Shown piece after piece: positions 1-8,137 of a stretch of DNA of 41,684 nt (its first letter is position 1; each line of letters begins with the position of its first letter). The position numbers were made by a program, and so were the translations under genes. A model generated the notes under the pieces. It had not been told where the DNA came from. It did not search any database and was given only the letters and a program-made list of their open reading frames with translations. Origin of the DNA: a virus (taxonomy: Duplodnaviria > Heunggongvirae > Uroviricota > Caudoviricetes); IMG/VR virus record IMGVR_UViG_3300037313_001331. One strand, 5' to 3'.

Positions 1-146
1 CGCTCGATCTCTGCCGCGCTGAAGTGCGTGACCATCGCGAGCGTCGTGATGAGCTGGATGTAGCGCGGGTCGCCCCGTAGGCCGGCCTGGATGGCGGTGT
101 GTGCCATCTTGGCCAGCTCTTCGTCGGAGTACTTCGGTTGCGTCAC
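1..146 (-). CDS. Hypothetical protein, truncated by window edge (MTQPKYSDEELAKMAHTAIQAG...)
   Basis: Translated by hand. The GTG at 146-144 overlaps the ligase TGA (GTGA coupling) and the frame stays open to position 1. Confidence 0.5.
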   Translation of the reverse strand, partial: MTQPKYSDEELAKMAHTAIQAGLRGDPRYIQLITTLAMVTHFSAAEIE

Positions 147-1561
147 GCCGGGACCGCTTCGCGCTTGACGCCCGCGGCAGCGTCGAACTGGGCGATCACC
201 TGCTCCAGCGAGTCAGCGACCGTCTTGTCCGTGCGGAACGTTGCCTCGACCAGGCGCGGCAGGAACAGCGAGTGCAGCGGGTTGCTCTCGGACGGCTTGA
301 GCACCAGGTTGGCACGCACGGCGTAGATCCGCTTCAGGAAGCTCTCCGGGTCCTTCTCGATGGCGTCACGCATGGCCTCGTTCTTCACGGTCACGTCGAC
401 CTCCAGGCCACCGCAGCTGGTGCGCATCTTGATGGAGCCCGGCCGGCCTTCGTTCTTGGTGTCGGGCTTGCCCGGCACGATCTCGACGGCCACCAGGTCC
501 ACGTCGACCTCCAGCTTCAGCTTCACCTGCTCCTTGCTCGTGCCGTCCTTCCAGATCGCCGTGGGCAGCTTGCAGATCGTGCCTTCCTTGCCCTGCTGGA
601 GCATTTCGGCACAGTGCTGCATGGCTTCGGCCTTCGAGCGCACGATCCGGGTGTCGATCACGCGGGCCAGGCCGTTCTTGGCCGTCAGGCCCGCTGCCGC
701 GAACTGCTTCAGCAGCAGCGCCAGACGGGTCTTGTAGGGCACCTCGTGCTTGCCCTTGGCCTGGACTGCTGCGAGCGGGATCTGATCCCAGGCGTAGAAG
801 CGCACCTCTTCGCCCGCTTCGAGTTCACCGCCCGATGCCAAGCGGTTCAGCACCCCGTTGCTCTGTTCGCGGGGCAGCAGCTCTCCGTTCAGGAACACGA
901 GCAGTTCGCCATGCGTCTGGGTGTCGACGTTGAGCACGCGCTCCAGCTCCGCCTCCAACGCCCACATGCAGCCCAGGGGATATGGCGTCCCCTGGCGAGT
1001 CGTCATGCTGATCACGCCGGCCTTCGACTTGTTGACGTTGACGAACGAGCCGTCTGCCTTCTCCTGGCTGATCATGCCCTGCTCCCACGGCCAGCTGGCG
1101 AAGTCCGACTTGTCCGGCAGGCTGCAGCGCATGTAGGGGTACTCGGGGAACGTTCCGGGCGCGACGCGGTTCACGGTGCCCTCGGTGAAGCCCGCCCGCA
1201 TGTCCTTCAGCAGGATGCGGCGGAACAACGTCGAGCTGGACTCATCCAGCAGGTTGACCATCTTCTGGACCTGTTCGCGTGCCAGGTTGCCGCTGATGGT
1301 TCCGTCGGCCAGGCCGGACAGCAGCGCCCAGGCGAAGGGCTCGGCCAATGAGTTCGCGCCCGGCGCAAGACCCGGGGTCTTGTTGGGCACGTCGCCGAAG
1401 CCGTAGTTCTTGAACCGGTCGTACGCGGCGATGACCACCTTGGCGAAGAGCGGGAGACCCATGCCCTGCTTGACCAGCGCCTCCTTTTCCTTCTTCGAGC
1501 TGGTCGCGGCAATGGCTTCGACGAGCTTGAGCACGCCGTCCGGGGTGTTGGTGTAGAACAT
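143..1561 (-). CDS. ATP-dependent DNA ligase
   Basis: 472 aa with adenylation motif EKADG, EGTICK motif IV and a C-terminal OB-like region (LFLPRLVEATFRTDK). Strong GAGGAGG RBS. Confidence 0.9.
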   Translation of the reverse strand: MFYTNTPDGVLKLVEAIAATSSKKEKEALVKQGMGLPLFAKVVIAAYDRFKNYGFGDVPNKTPGLAPGANSLAEPFAWALLSGLADGTISGNLAREQVQKMVNLLDESSSTLFRRILLKDMRAGFTEGTVNRVAPGTFPEYPYMRCSLPDKSDFASWPWEQGMISQEKADGSFVNVNKSKAGVISMTTRQGTPYPLGCMWALEAELERVLNVDTQTHGELLVFLNGELLPREQSNGVLNRLASGGELEAGEEVRFYAWDQIPLAAVQAKGKHEVPYKTRLALLLKQFAAAGLTAKNGLARVIDTRIVRSKAEAMQHCAEMLQQGKEGTICKLPTAIWKDGTSKEQVKLKLEVDVDLVAVEIVPGKPDTKNEGRPGSIKMRTSCGGLEVDVTVKNEAMRDAIEKDPESFLKRIYAVRANLVLKPSESNPLHSLFLPRLVEATFRTDKTVADSLEQVIAQFDAAAGVKREAVPA

Positions 1562-1570
1562 GGATCCTCC

Positions 1571-2062
1571 TCAGGTTTTGGATACAGCGCGCTCGGCCGC
1601 CAGGCGGCGTGCCATCTGCGCAGGGGTTTCGCCCGCTCGGGCAATGGGAATCACGGCCGGAGCCTTGGGTGTGGTGTTGACGACATCCGCGTAGCTGCCG
1701 GCGTCGCCCAGCGCATCGAGCGCGTCCCGCCGGCGTGCGGCCTTGGGCTTCTTGGGCGCGTCCCAAGTGCTCACCCAGCGCCGGGCCGCCTCCACGGCGC
1801 CGACGACTGCACCGCGGGCGACGAAGTACAGCGCCCGGCCGGCAGCGATCTCTTCGTCACGCATCTTTTCGGCGACGCACTGGCGGCACCCCAGTGCCGT
1901 GTTGCAGGGCGCCCAGTCCGCCGGCATCCGGGCGGAGCCCTTCACGACGCTGATGCGGTTCAGACAGGCCGCGTAGCTCATGCTCTGGCCGAGGGCAGTG
2001 CAGGAGAGGGTCAGCGCGTTCTTGCCAGATGCGCTGACATCGATTGTTTGTGTGTCAGTCAT
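1571..2062 (-). CDS. Cys-rich hypothetical protein (possible Zn-binding)
   Basis: Start moved to MTDTQ (AAGG RBS). Five Cys in the N-terminal half followed by KMRDEEIAAGRALYF. Resembles a conserved SSU5-type protein from recall. Confidence 0.65.
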   Translation of the reverse strand: MTDTQTIDVSASGKNALTLSCTALGQSMSYAACLNRISVVKGSARMPADWAPCNTALGCRQCVAEKMRDEEIAAGRALYFVARGAVVGAVEAARRWVSTWDAPKKPKAARRRDALDALGDAGSYADVVNTTPKAPAVIPIARAGETPAQMARRLAAERAVSKT

Positions 2063-2068
2063 GACTAA
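2051..2068. promoter_or_regulatory. 18-bp palindromic motif, copy 1 (TGTGTCAG-TC-ATGACTAA)
   Basis: Degenerate match to the consensus. Overlaps the start codon at 2062. Confidence 0.6.
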
Positions 2069-2072
2069 CCTT

Positions 2073-2567
2073 TCACCACGAACCGCGGCCCGGTTCAAGC
2101 AGCTCCATCAACTCGGCGTCGAGTTCATCGACGACCGTCGTCAACGGGATGGGTTCATCATCGGTGGGCGGGCTCGGCTCGTCATCGGACAGTGAAATGC
2201 CGGCGGCGATCAGGCCCATGGCCGAGAGGATTGCATGCGCGTGCGTCGCCCCGAAGTTCTCCTTCAGGTACCGCGCCAACATGTCCAGACCGCGCAGGTC
2301 CAGGTCCTTGCGGCCATGAAACCGATAGTCGCCCTTCGTCTTTGCAGCGATGGCCTCGTCATAGCCAACCCCCAGAACCTTGACATTGCCGCCCAGCACG
2401 GGGCGTGCGAACGCCTCGGTTCCGGAGAGCTTGCCGTAGTGGGCAACAACGACGCGCCGCCCAGCGGATGCACCCCCGGTGTCGACGCCCGCAATCTGGA
2501 AGACTTGATAGAAGGCGTTCCGACTCGTGGTGTTGGTCAGCCAGGATCGTTGGATGGAAAATTGCAT
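2073..2567 (-). CDS. WGR-like domain protein
   Basis: Start at MQFSIQ (AAGGGG RBS). The pattern AFYQVFQI...VVAHYGK...KTKGDY resembles the WGR domain, with YGK in place of WGR. Confidence 0.55.
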   Translation of the reverse strand: MQFSIQRSWLTNTTSRNAFYQVFQIAGVDTGGASAGRRVVVAHYGKLSGTEAFARPVLGGNVKVLGVGYDEAIAAKTKGDYRFHGRKDLDLRGLDMLARYLKENFGATHAHAILSAMGLIAAGISLSDDEPSPPTDDEPIPLTTVVDELDAELMELLEPGRGSW

Positions 2568-2628
2568 AGGTCCCCTTGGGGCAACAAAATCATTATTGGG
2601 AGTCTCGCTCTCCCATGTCGGATCTGGT

Positions 2629-3780
2629 CTACGCCCCTTCGGCTGCCCGCATGCGGGACGCTTCGGCAGCAAGGCGGATTGCGGTCAGTCGGTCAAGCGT
2701 CGTGGCCTGGAAAATCCACTGACGCACCAGCTCGGGCGGCACCGGTTCGTTGTCAGGCCCCTGCGCTGGGTCGTAGCCCATAGGGATGCGTGCAATGCGC
2801 ACGGTGAGCCCCAGCGCCAGCAGCTGCAGACCTGCCTTCACGGCCTCTGCCAGCGCCTTGCCCTCGCCGTCCCACATGATCGTGACGACGCGCAGCCCGC
2901 GCGTCTTCAGCTCGGCGAACTTCGCGATCTGCCCGTCCGGCCCGGCGCTGAGGTGCATGCCGAACGTCGCCACCGGCAGCATGCCCTCGCAGCTGGCGGC
3001 GCCCGTAATGGCCTGGTAGATGCCGATGGCGTCGAAGGCGCCCTCCCCCACCACGGCATGCGTGTGTCGCCCCTGCTCGAAGGTGTGACCGTTGTACAGG
3101 TGGCTTCCGGCCACCGCGTACCCCACGGGGAACATGTACTTCGGCTCCTGGGTGCCCGTGATGTCCCGACCCTGGAACGACACCAGCCGGCCGTCGAGAT
3201 CGGCGATAGGGATGATCACGCGCCGGTCGAAGTTCATCCACTTCTGGGTGCCGTCCGCCAGCTTGTAGCCCCACCAGCCGCCCTTGCAGAAGGACAGGTT
3301 GAACCACTGCGCCGTCTCGACGGTCACGCCACGGTTCTGCAGGTACGCCAGGTTGCGCCCATCCGGGGACGGGATGGGCTTCAGCTTGCTGGGCAGCTCC
3401 AGATCCGCCTTCACAAGCTCCACGCGCTCGCGCTTGGGCATCCAGCCCTGGTCTTCTGCCGTCGCTTTGATGTGCGCGTCCAGCTCGCCGCCCGACAGGC
3501 CGCTCACGGCCCGAATGAGCTTGAAGCGGTTGAACTTGAATCCGCACGCGCCGTGAAAGCAGTTGCCCAGCCCGGTCTCGGCGTTGATGTAGGTCTTGCG
3601 CCCACCTTCGCCACACACCGGGCACTCGTGCAGGTTCAGCTGCAGGCCGCGCGTCCCGTAGGACGGCGTGAAGTCGATGCCGGCACGCTCCAGGTAGTGC
3701 TCGACATCGATCTTGGCCAGGGCGCTGTCCAGCTCCTCGCGACGCGGATCAGCGCCGCGGGAACAGACGAACATCGTCAT
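2629..3780 (-). CDS. DNA primase (Zn finger plus TOPRIM)
   Basis: CPVC...CFHGAC zinc finger, RVIIPI, FQGR, TOPRIM motifs VGEGAFD and MWDGE. Confidence 0.85.
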   Translation of the reverse strand: MTMFVCSRGADPRREELDSALAKIDVEHYLERAGIDFTPSYGTRGLQLNLHECPVCGEGGRKTYINAETGLGNCFHGACGFKFNRFKLIRAVSGLSGGELDAHIKATAEDQGWMPKRERVELVKADLELPSKLKPIPSPDGRNLAYLQNRGVTVETAQWFNLSFCKGGWWGYKLADGTQKWMNFDRRVIIPIADLDGRLVSFQGRDITGTQEPKYMFPVGYAVAGSHLYNGHTFEQGRHTHAVVGEGAFDAIGIYQAITGAASCEGMLPVATFGMHLSAGPDGQIAKFAELKTRGLRVVTIMWDGEGKALAEAVKAGLQLLALGLTVRIARIPMGYDPAQGPDNEPVPPELVRQWIFQATTLDRLTAIRLAAEASRMRAAEGA

Positions 3781-3782
3781 GA

Positions 3783-4103
3783 TCAGCGGCTCTTCAACAG
3801 CCCCAGGGCGATCTGCTCTTCACGTGAGAGCTTCGCCAACGCCTTGAGCTTCAGCTCCTCCCGCGCCTTCTTCTCTTTCTGGTCGAGGTCGACAGGATCA
3901 GGGTGCTTCAGAACGTAGACATCGGCGCCGAGGGTGATGGCCAGCTCCTTCGCCACCCTGCCCGGGCCGCCGTACCAGCCCTTGCCCTTCGAGTGCTGTT
4001 CAGCGACAGATGCGTGCGAGAAGTATCCGACCAACTCGTCAGGTGCACGGCGGTCGTCCCCGCCGCCGTACACCGCATAGATCTCCAGAAAACCAGCGTC
4101 CAT
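3783..4103 (-). CDS. Hypothetical protein
   Basis: 106-aa ORF coupled to dnaB (TGATG overlap) and filling the gap to the primase. Confidence 0.65.
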   Translation of the reverse strand: MDAGFLEIYAVYGGGDDRRAPDELVGYFSHASVAEQHSKGKGWYGGPGRVAKELAITLGADVYVLKHPDPVDLDQKEKKAREELKLKALAKLSREEQIALGLLKSR

Positions 4104-5458
4104 CAGTCCTCTCCCACAATTGCCTTGATGAACTTCGCGCGATCAATGTCCTGTTCGATGCGAAGCGTGAAGCCGGAGCGGCCATTGCGGACGGCGGCGA
4201 AGTAGATCCGCGCCTGCCCCATCTTGACCTCTTCTTCTGACCGGTTGATCGAGAGAATGATGTCTGCGATGCGGACCTTGTTGATGTCCTCTGCGATGTC
4301 CGTCATGGTCGCGACGGCCTTCTTTGCGCCCTCGCGATTCGTCTGCGTGGCGGTCAGCAGCGCGAAGCCCTCTTGCATGGCCAGGCCGCGCAAGTTCACG
4401 TAGACACTCTTGCTGTTCTCCTGCACGTTGTCCGTGACCCGCTCCGGGGCCATCAGGTCCGCGTAGTCGATGATCACGAGGTCGAACGTGATGCCGTTCG
4501 CCTTGTAGTGCTCGACCAGGCGACGCAGGTCGCTCGGGCGCATCGTGCCCGTCGGGTACTCGTGAATGATGAAGGGGGCCGCCTTCGCCATGAAGGCGTC
4601 GACCTTCTCCTGCACCTCGTTCGGATGCGCGCCCAGCTCGAACATGGCCCGGTCGGCGATGTTCGCGTCCATGCGCTCAGCGATGATCCCCGCGGCCACC
4701 TCAAGGGTGACGTAGAGCACGCGGTAGCCGGCGGCGATGGCGTTGATGCCGAAGGTGATCATTGCCATGGACTTGCCCGCCTTGGGGCCGCCCATCAGCA
4801 CGGACATTTCGCGCCGGCCCCAGCCCTTGTGGTACAGGTACTCGTCCAGGGCCGGGTAGCCCGTGGTGATGCCTGTGGGCGGCCGGATGCCCGCTGCACG
4901 GTCCTTGCGGTCCTGTGTGCGCAGCTTCGCCATTTCGGCGTAGTCGTACGCGCCCGTGTTGAGCACCACGCCGGTGTCGCCCGCCTTGCGGATCAGCGCG
5001 ACCGCGGCGTCGACATCGCGCTTCTCGACCAGCGTGACCGAGTCGAAGATGGCCTTGGTGACGGCCTGAATGCGCGCGAAGGTCGCGACCTGGTCGGCCA
5101 CGTACTCGCGGTCGGACACGTCCGTCTCGTAGATCGATGGGATGATCGCGATGGCCATCCTGGCAAGCTCTGCCGGGAGCACCTTCTCGCGAATCGCGTC
5201 CTTCATCACGGACGCGAGCGTCGTCTTGTCGCCAGGCGCCTTCTTGTACTTTGCGAAATACCCCGACACCACCCGCACGAGAGCGGAATGCCCCGCGTTC
5301 TCGAAGAACTCGGGGCGAATCAGTCCGTCGGTGACCTGAGCGAACTGGGTGTCACGGATCAACAGGGCCGTGATCTTTTTCTGAAAGTCGGCGTCGAACT
5401 CATAGGTCGGCACCACTTCCTCTTCGACCGCGGCCGGCACTGCTGCCGACACGGCCAT
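4103..5458 (-). CDS. dnaB: DnaB-like replicative helicase (SF4)
   Basis: Walker A GGPKAGKS, Walker B DLVIIDYADL, TATQTNR, and an N-terminal DnaB-like helical domain. Confidence 0.92.
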   Translation of the reverse strand: MAVSAAVPAAVEEEVVPTYEFDADFQKKITALLIRDTQFAQVTDGLIRPEFFENAGHSALVRVVSGYFAKYKKAPGDKTTLASVMKDAIREKVLPAELARMAIAIIPSIYETDVSDREYVADQVATFARIQAVTKAIFDSVTLVEKRDVDAAVALIRKAGDTGVVLNTGAYDYAEMAKLRTQDRKDRAAGIRPPTGITTGYPALDEYLYHKGWGRREMSVLMGGPKAGKSMAMITFGINAIAAGYRVLYVTLEVAAGIIAERMDANIADRAMFELGAHPNEVQEKVDAFMAKAAPFIIHEYPTGTMRPSDLRRLVEHYKANGITFDLVIIDYADLMAPERVTDNVQENSKSVYVNLRGLAMQEGFALLTATQTNREGAKKAVATMTDIAEDINKVRIADIILSINRSEEEVKMGQARIYFAAVRNGRSGFTLRIEQDIDRAKFIKAIVGED

Positions 5459-5461
5459 GAA

Positions 5462-5779
5462 TCAGCTCCCCTTGTGCAGAATCACCGATTCGATGCCGTG
5501 CTTGTAGTAGATGCCTTCGAGGCCCATGAACTCGCCCTCGTCGTGGCGCAGCGTCACCGTGAACTTGTCACGGCGCACGATCACACCGCGCACATCGTCA
5601 CTGTTCATCAGGCGCAGCGTGACGGGCGTCGCGTTCATCTGCGCATGCTCCAGGTCACGGTCGTGGCCCTTCGCGACGAACGGCTTCTTCGCAGGCCGCT
5701 GCACGCGGCCAGCCTCGTATTGCGGTGCAACCACGGGGCGGTTCAGATGGGTGATGTTCGACGGAATGGTGTCGCTCAC
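5462..5779 (-). CDS. hfq: Hfq-like Sm-fold RNA-binding protein
   Basis: Start moved to GTG at 5779 (AGGAG RBS). AKG..PVTLRLMNSDDVRGVIVRRDKFTVTL..IYYKHGIESV aligns by eye with Hfq Sm1/Sm2 (AKG..[36 protein letters not shown]). Confidence 0.75.
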   Translation of the reverse strand: MSDTIPSNITHLNRPVVAPQYEAGRVQRPAKKPFVAKGHDRDLEHAQMNATPVTLRLMNSDDVRGVIVRRDKFTVTLRHDEGEFMGLEGIYYKHGIESVILHKGS

Positions 5780-5828
5780 AAAGACTCCTGGATGATGAAA
5801 ATCGGGCAAGTCGCCCGGTGACCGCTTC

Positions 5829-5834
5829 ATTATA
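5829..5834 (-). promoter_or_regulatory. Sigma70-type -10 hexamer TATAAT upstream of the hfq-like/dnaB genes
   Basis: Perfect TATAAT on the minus strand, 5 bp downstream of palindrome copy 2, which occupies the spacer and -35 position. Confidence 0.5.
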
Positions 5835-5839
5835 GGTAC

Positions 5840-5857
5840 TCAGTCAGTGCTGACTGA
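5840..5857. promoter_or_regulatory. 18-bp palindromic motif, copy 2 (TCAGTCAG-TG-CTGACTGA)
   Basis: Perfect 8-bp arms, intergenic. Confidence 0.85.
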
Positions 5858-5858
5858 T

Positions 5859-6542
5859 TCATCCAAGCCGGGAAGCGGCTGCTTCTGCGAGCGCGGCCAC
5901 TTCTGCGCCCCATGCAGACTCCGCGAACGCGGCAGAAAAGTAGCCCTCCTTCAGCATGCGACCGATCAGGCCGGGGCGGGCGTGCGGCACCCGGGCGTCG
6001 ATCTGCATGCGGATGTACTCGCGGTGTCGAGCGACTGCCGGCGTCTCGGGAGCGCCAGGCCTGAACTGCTCGGCCTGGCTGAATTGCAGCTGGCGCTCGA
6101 ATCGCTCCTGCCACGCGTCGTTCACATCCAGCTCGAACTCTTCGCCGTACAGCTGGTTGGGTCGCGGGAAGCGGCGGAAGTAGCGCTCCAACGATCTGCG
6201 GGCGGCGAAGTCGAGCACGAACGGATAGGGCAGCCCCATTCGGTCTGCCGCCTGCCGGGCGAGCCACATCGAGGTCATGTCGCGGCTCGCGAAGATGTCG
6301 TCGGGACTGAATGCCCTGGCGTCCTCCGCGCTGCGCATGTCGATGCATCGCTCGTAGTACGCCCGGGTTGCCTCCACATAGTGGTGCGCGTAGCAGTAGG
6401 TGGCCGTCACCGGGTGCATGTGCTGGTAGTCGAACCACCTCAACTCAGTCAGGCTCGCCTCGATCTCGCGGTGCGCGGGGTCGATCCGGAGCCCTCGCAC
6501 CTCCAGGTCAACCGCACTCAAGTCATCGCCGTAGAACCTCAT
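5859..6542 (-). CDS. Conserved phage hypothetical protein
   Basis: 227 aa. The motifs RWFDYQHMHP, MWLARQAADR and FPRPNQL resemble an SSU5-type core protein from recall. Confidence 0.7.
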   Translation of the reverse strand: MRFYGDDLSAVDLEVRGLRIDPAHREIEASLTELRWFDYQHMHPVTATYCYAHHYVEATRAYYERCIDMRSAEDARAFSPDDIFASRDMTSMWLARQAADRMGLPYPFVLDFAARRSLERYFRRFPRPNQLYGEEFELDVNDAWQERFERQLQFSQAEQFRPGAPETPAVARHREYIRMQIDARVPHARPGLIGRMLKEGYFSAAFAESAWGAEVAALAEAAASRLG

Positions 6543-6631
6543 TCGCCATCGCCCCTTTTAAGTTGTTCTCTTCCCTTTCACTGTAGGGAGTGATTAAACC
6601 TAGGGACCAGCAGAAATCGCTAATTCCCGCC

Positions 6632-7366
6632 TCAGTGACGGGTCCCGGAGGGAGAGGAAGCCCGGTACGTGCTGAGTATGGCCTTGCACAGGCGCGACCG
6701 CATCACATCCTCCAGCTCGAAGCGCATGATCGCCACACCATCGATGTCCTTGCAGCGGCGGACCGCGTCTGCCAGGCCCGACTCTTCCACGTCGACCTGG
6801 TCGGTGTCGCCGCACACGATCACCTTGCAATTCTCGCCAATGCGGGTCAGGAACATCTTCATCTGCTCGGGCGACACGTTCTGCGCCTCATCGAGGATCA
6901 CCCAGCAGTCGTTGAAGGTCTCGCCGCGCATGAACGCGAGCGGGGACGGCTCGATCTTCCCGTTCTTCAGCGCGCAGTCGTAAGCACCGCGGCCCAAGCG
7001 CTCGACGAAGACCTTCTCCAGCGGCTTCAGGTACGGAGCGAACTTCTCCTCGATCTCGCCCGGCAGGAAGCCGAGGGACTCGCCGGCTTCGACCGCGGGG
7101 CGCGTGATGATGACCTGGGTGGTCCGCTTGTCCACGAGCGCATCGGCGGCCAGCGCCGTGGGCATGTAGGTCTTGCCCGTGCCGGCCGGGCCGATGGCGA
7201 AGATCAGCTCGCTGGTCTGGATGATGTTGCGGTAAACGGCCTGCGCTTCTGTGCGCGGCTCGATGCGCGGTCGCTGACCGCTTCGGTGTTGAGTGACGAC
7301 TGAGTCTGGCTCGTAGGCTGGAGACTTCGTTTTTGTGCGTTGTTCTTTGTCGCTTCTTCTTGCCAT
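6632..7366 (-). CDS. phoH: PhoH-like ATPase
   Basis: GPAGTGKT, TRPAVEAGESLGFLPG, AFMRGETF, ILDEAQN, KMFLTRIGE, GDTDQVD. Confidence 0.93.
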   Translation of the reverse strand: MARRSDKEQRTKTKSPAYEPDSVVTQHRSGQRPRIEPRTEAQAVYRNIIQTSELIFAIGPAGTGKTYMPTALAADALVDKRTTQVIITRPAVEAGESLGFLPGEIEEKFAPYLKPLEKVFVERLGRGAYDCALKNGKIEPSPLAFMRGETFNDCWVILDEAQNVSPEQMKMFLTRIGENCKVIVCGDTDQVDVEESGLADAVRRCKDIDGVAIMRFELEDVMRSRLCKAILSTYRASSPSGTRH

Positions 7367-7401
7367 GGTGGCCTTCGTCAGTCGTCAGATCGAGAATAGC
7401 A

Positions 7402-7419
7402 TGACTCAGTGCTGACTGA
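7402..7419. promoter_or_regulatory. 18-bp palindromic motif, copy 3 (TGACTCAG-TG-CTGACTGA)
   Basis: Lies in the divergent gap between phoH and the PEP-CTERM gene. Confidence 0.8.
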
Positions 7420-7531
7420 CTATCTCATTTTTTTCAGGCACACGCACGACCCGTTCGCAAGCCCCTCCCCCTCAAGTGAGGGGCCTCATCGTCTCGCGCA
7501 AGCGCTAGGCTCGCGACTTTTGGGAGACAAC

Positions 7532-8137
7532 ATGCGCACACTTTTTGTGGCCGCCATCGTCGCGGCAAGCGGAGCCGTGAACGCGGCCGACATCAGCATC
7601 GCCGTCAGCAACGTTCAGACCGCGCTGGTTGACCTAGCTCCGGCCGACGGCATTGACCCTACTCTCTCGTTACCTTTAGGCGACCTTGCAGCCTTCGCAA
7701 CGGGCTTCAGCACCCTCGACACGTCTATGCCTGTGTTCTCGCTTCTGGGCTCGATTGGGGCCCATTCCGAGGCGCGTGTGGGGTTCGACTTCAGCTTGTC
7801 GCTGACTGTGCCAAACAACGAAGACGCGTATGCGATTTTTCGACTCGACTCCGCCTGTCTGGGGTCGTGCAAATACCCGGGCTGGGTGGGGTTAAACACT
7901 GGCCTGCTGCCTGACACGGTCGGCCCGGGATTCACCACGCGCACTCGGGACTATCACGCCGAGCTGGTGCTGACGAACGACCTCGACACCGATGGCGCCT
8001 TCAGCGTGATGTACACCCACTACTTCTTCATGGAGAAAGGCTCCGTACCGTCGCCGGTGCCGGAGCCTTCCACCTACCTGCTGATGGCAGCCGGCTTGGC
8101 CGCCATCTCTTTCGTCAGACGAAGCAGCCGATGCTAG
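7532..8137 (+). CDS. PEP-CTERM sorting-domain (exosortase substrate) surface protein
   Basis: Start moved to MRTLFVAAIVAASGAVNA (signal peptide, GGGAGA RBS). C-terminus VPEPSTYLLMAAGLAAISFVRRSSRC gives PEP, a TM helix and a basic tail. Confidence 0.9.
   Translation: MRTLFVAAIVAASGAVNAADISIAVSNVQTALVDLAPADGIDPTLSLPLGDLAAFATGFSTLDTSMPVFSLLGSIGAHSEARVGFDFSLSLTVPNNEDAYAIFRLDSACLGSCKYPGWVGLNTGLLPDTVGPGFTTRTRDYHAELVLTNDLDTDGAFSVMYTHYFFMEKGSVPSPVPEPSTYLLMAAGLAAISFVRRSSRC

Noticed and set aside
2721-2740. Half-site CCACTGACGCA inside the primase gene
   Set aside because: The left arm does not match the consensus and it lies in coding sequence, so it was not counted.
5830-6438. 202-aa alternative-frame minus ORF
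   Set aside because: Arg/Pro-rich junk translation overlapping the better-supported 5859-6542 gene.
7409-7531. Upstream GTG start for the PEP-CTERM ORF
   Set aside because: It would bury the signal peptide, and the ATG at 7532 has the RBS.
7420-7531. Sigma54 (-24/-12) promoter expected for PrsR-regulated PEP-CTERM genes
   Set aside because: I could not find a GG-N10-GC arrangement with the proper flanks. Only a small hairpin (7468-7483) is present, and its role is unclear.
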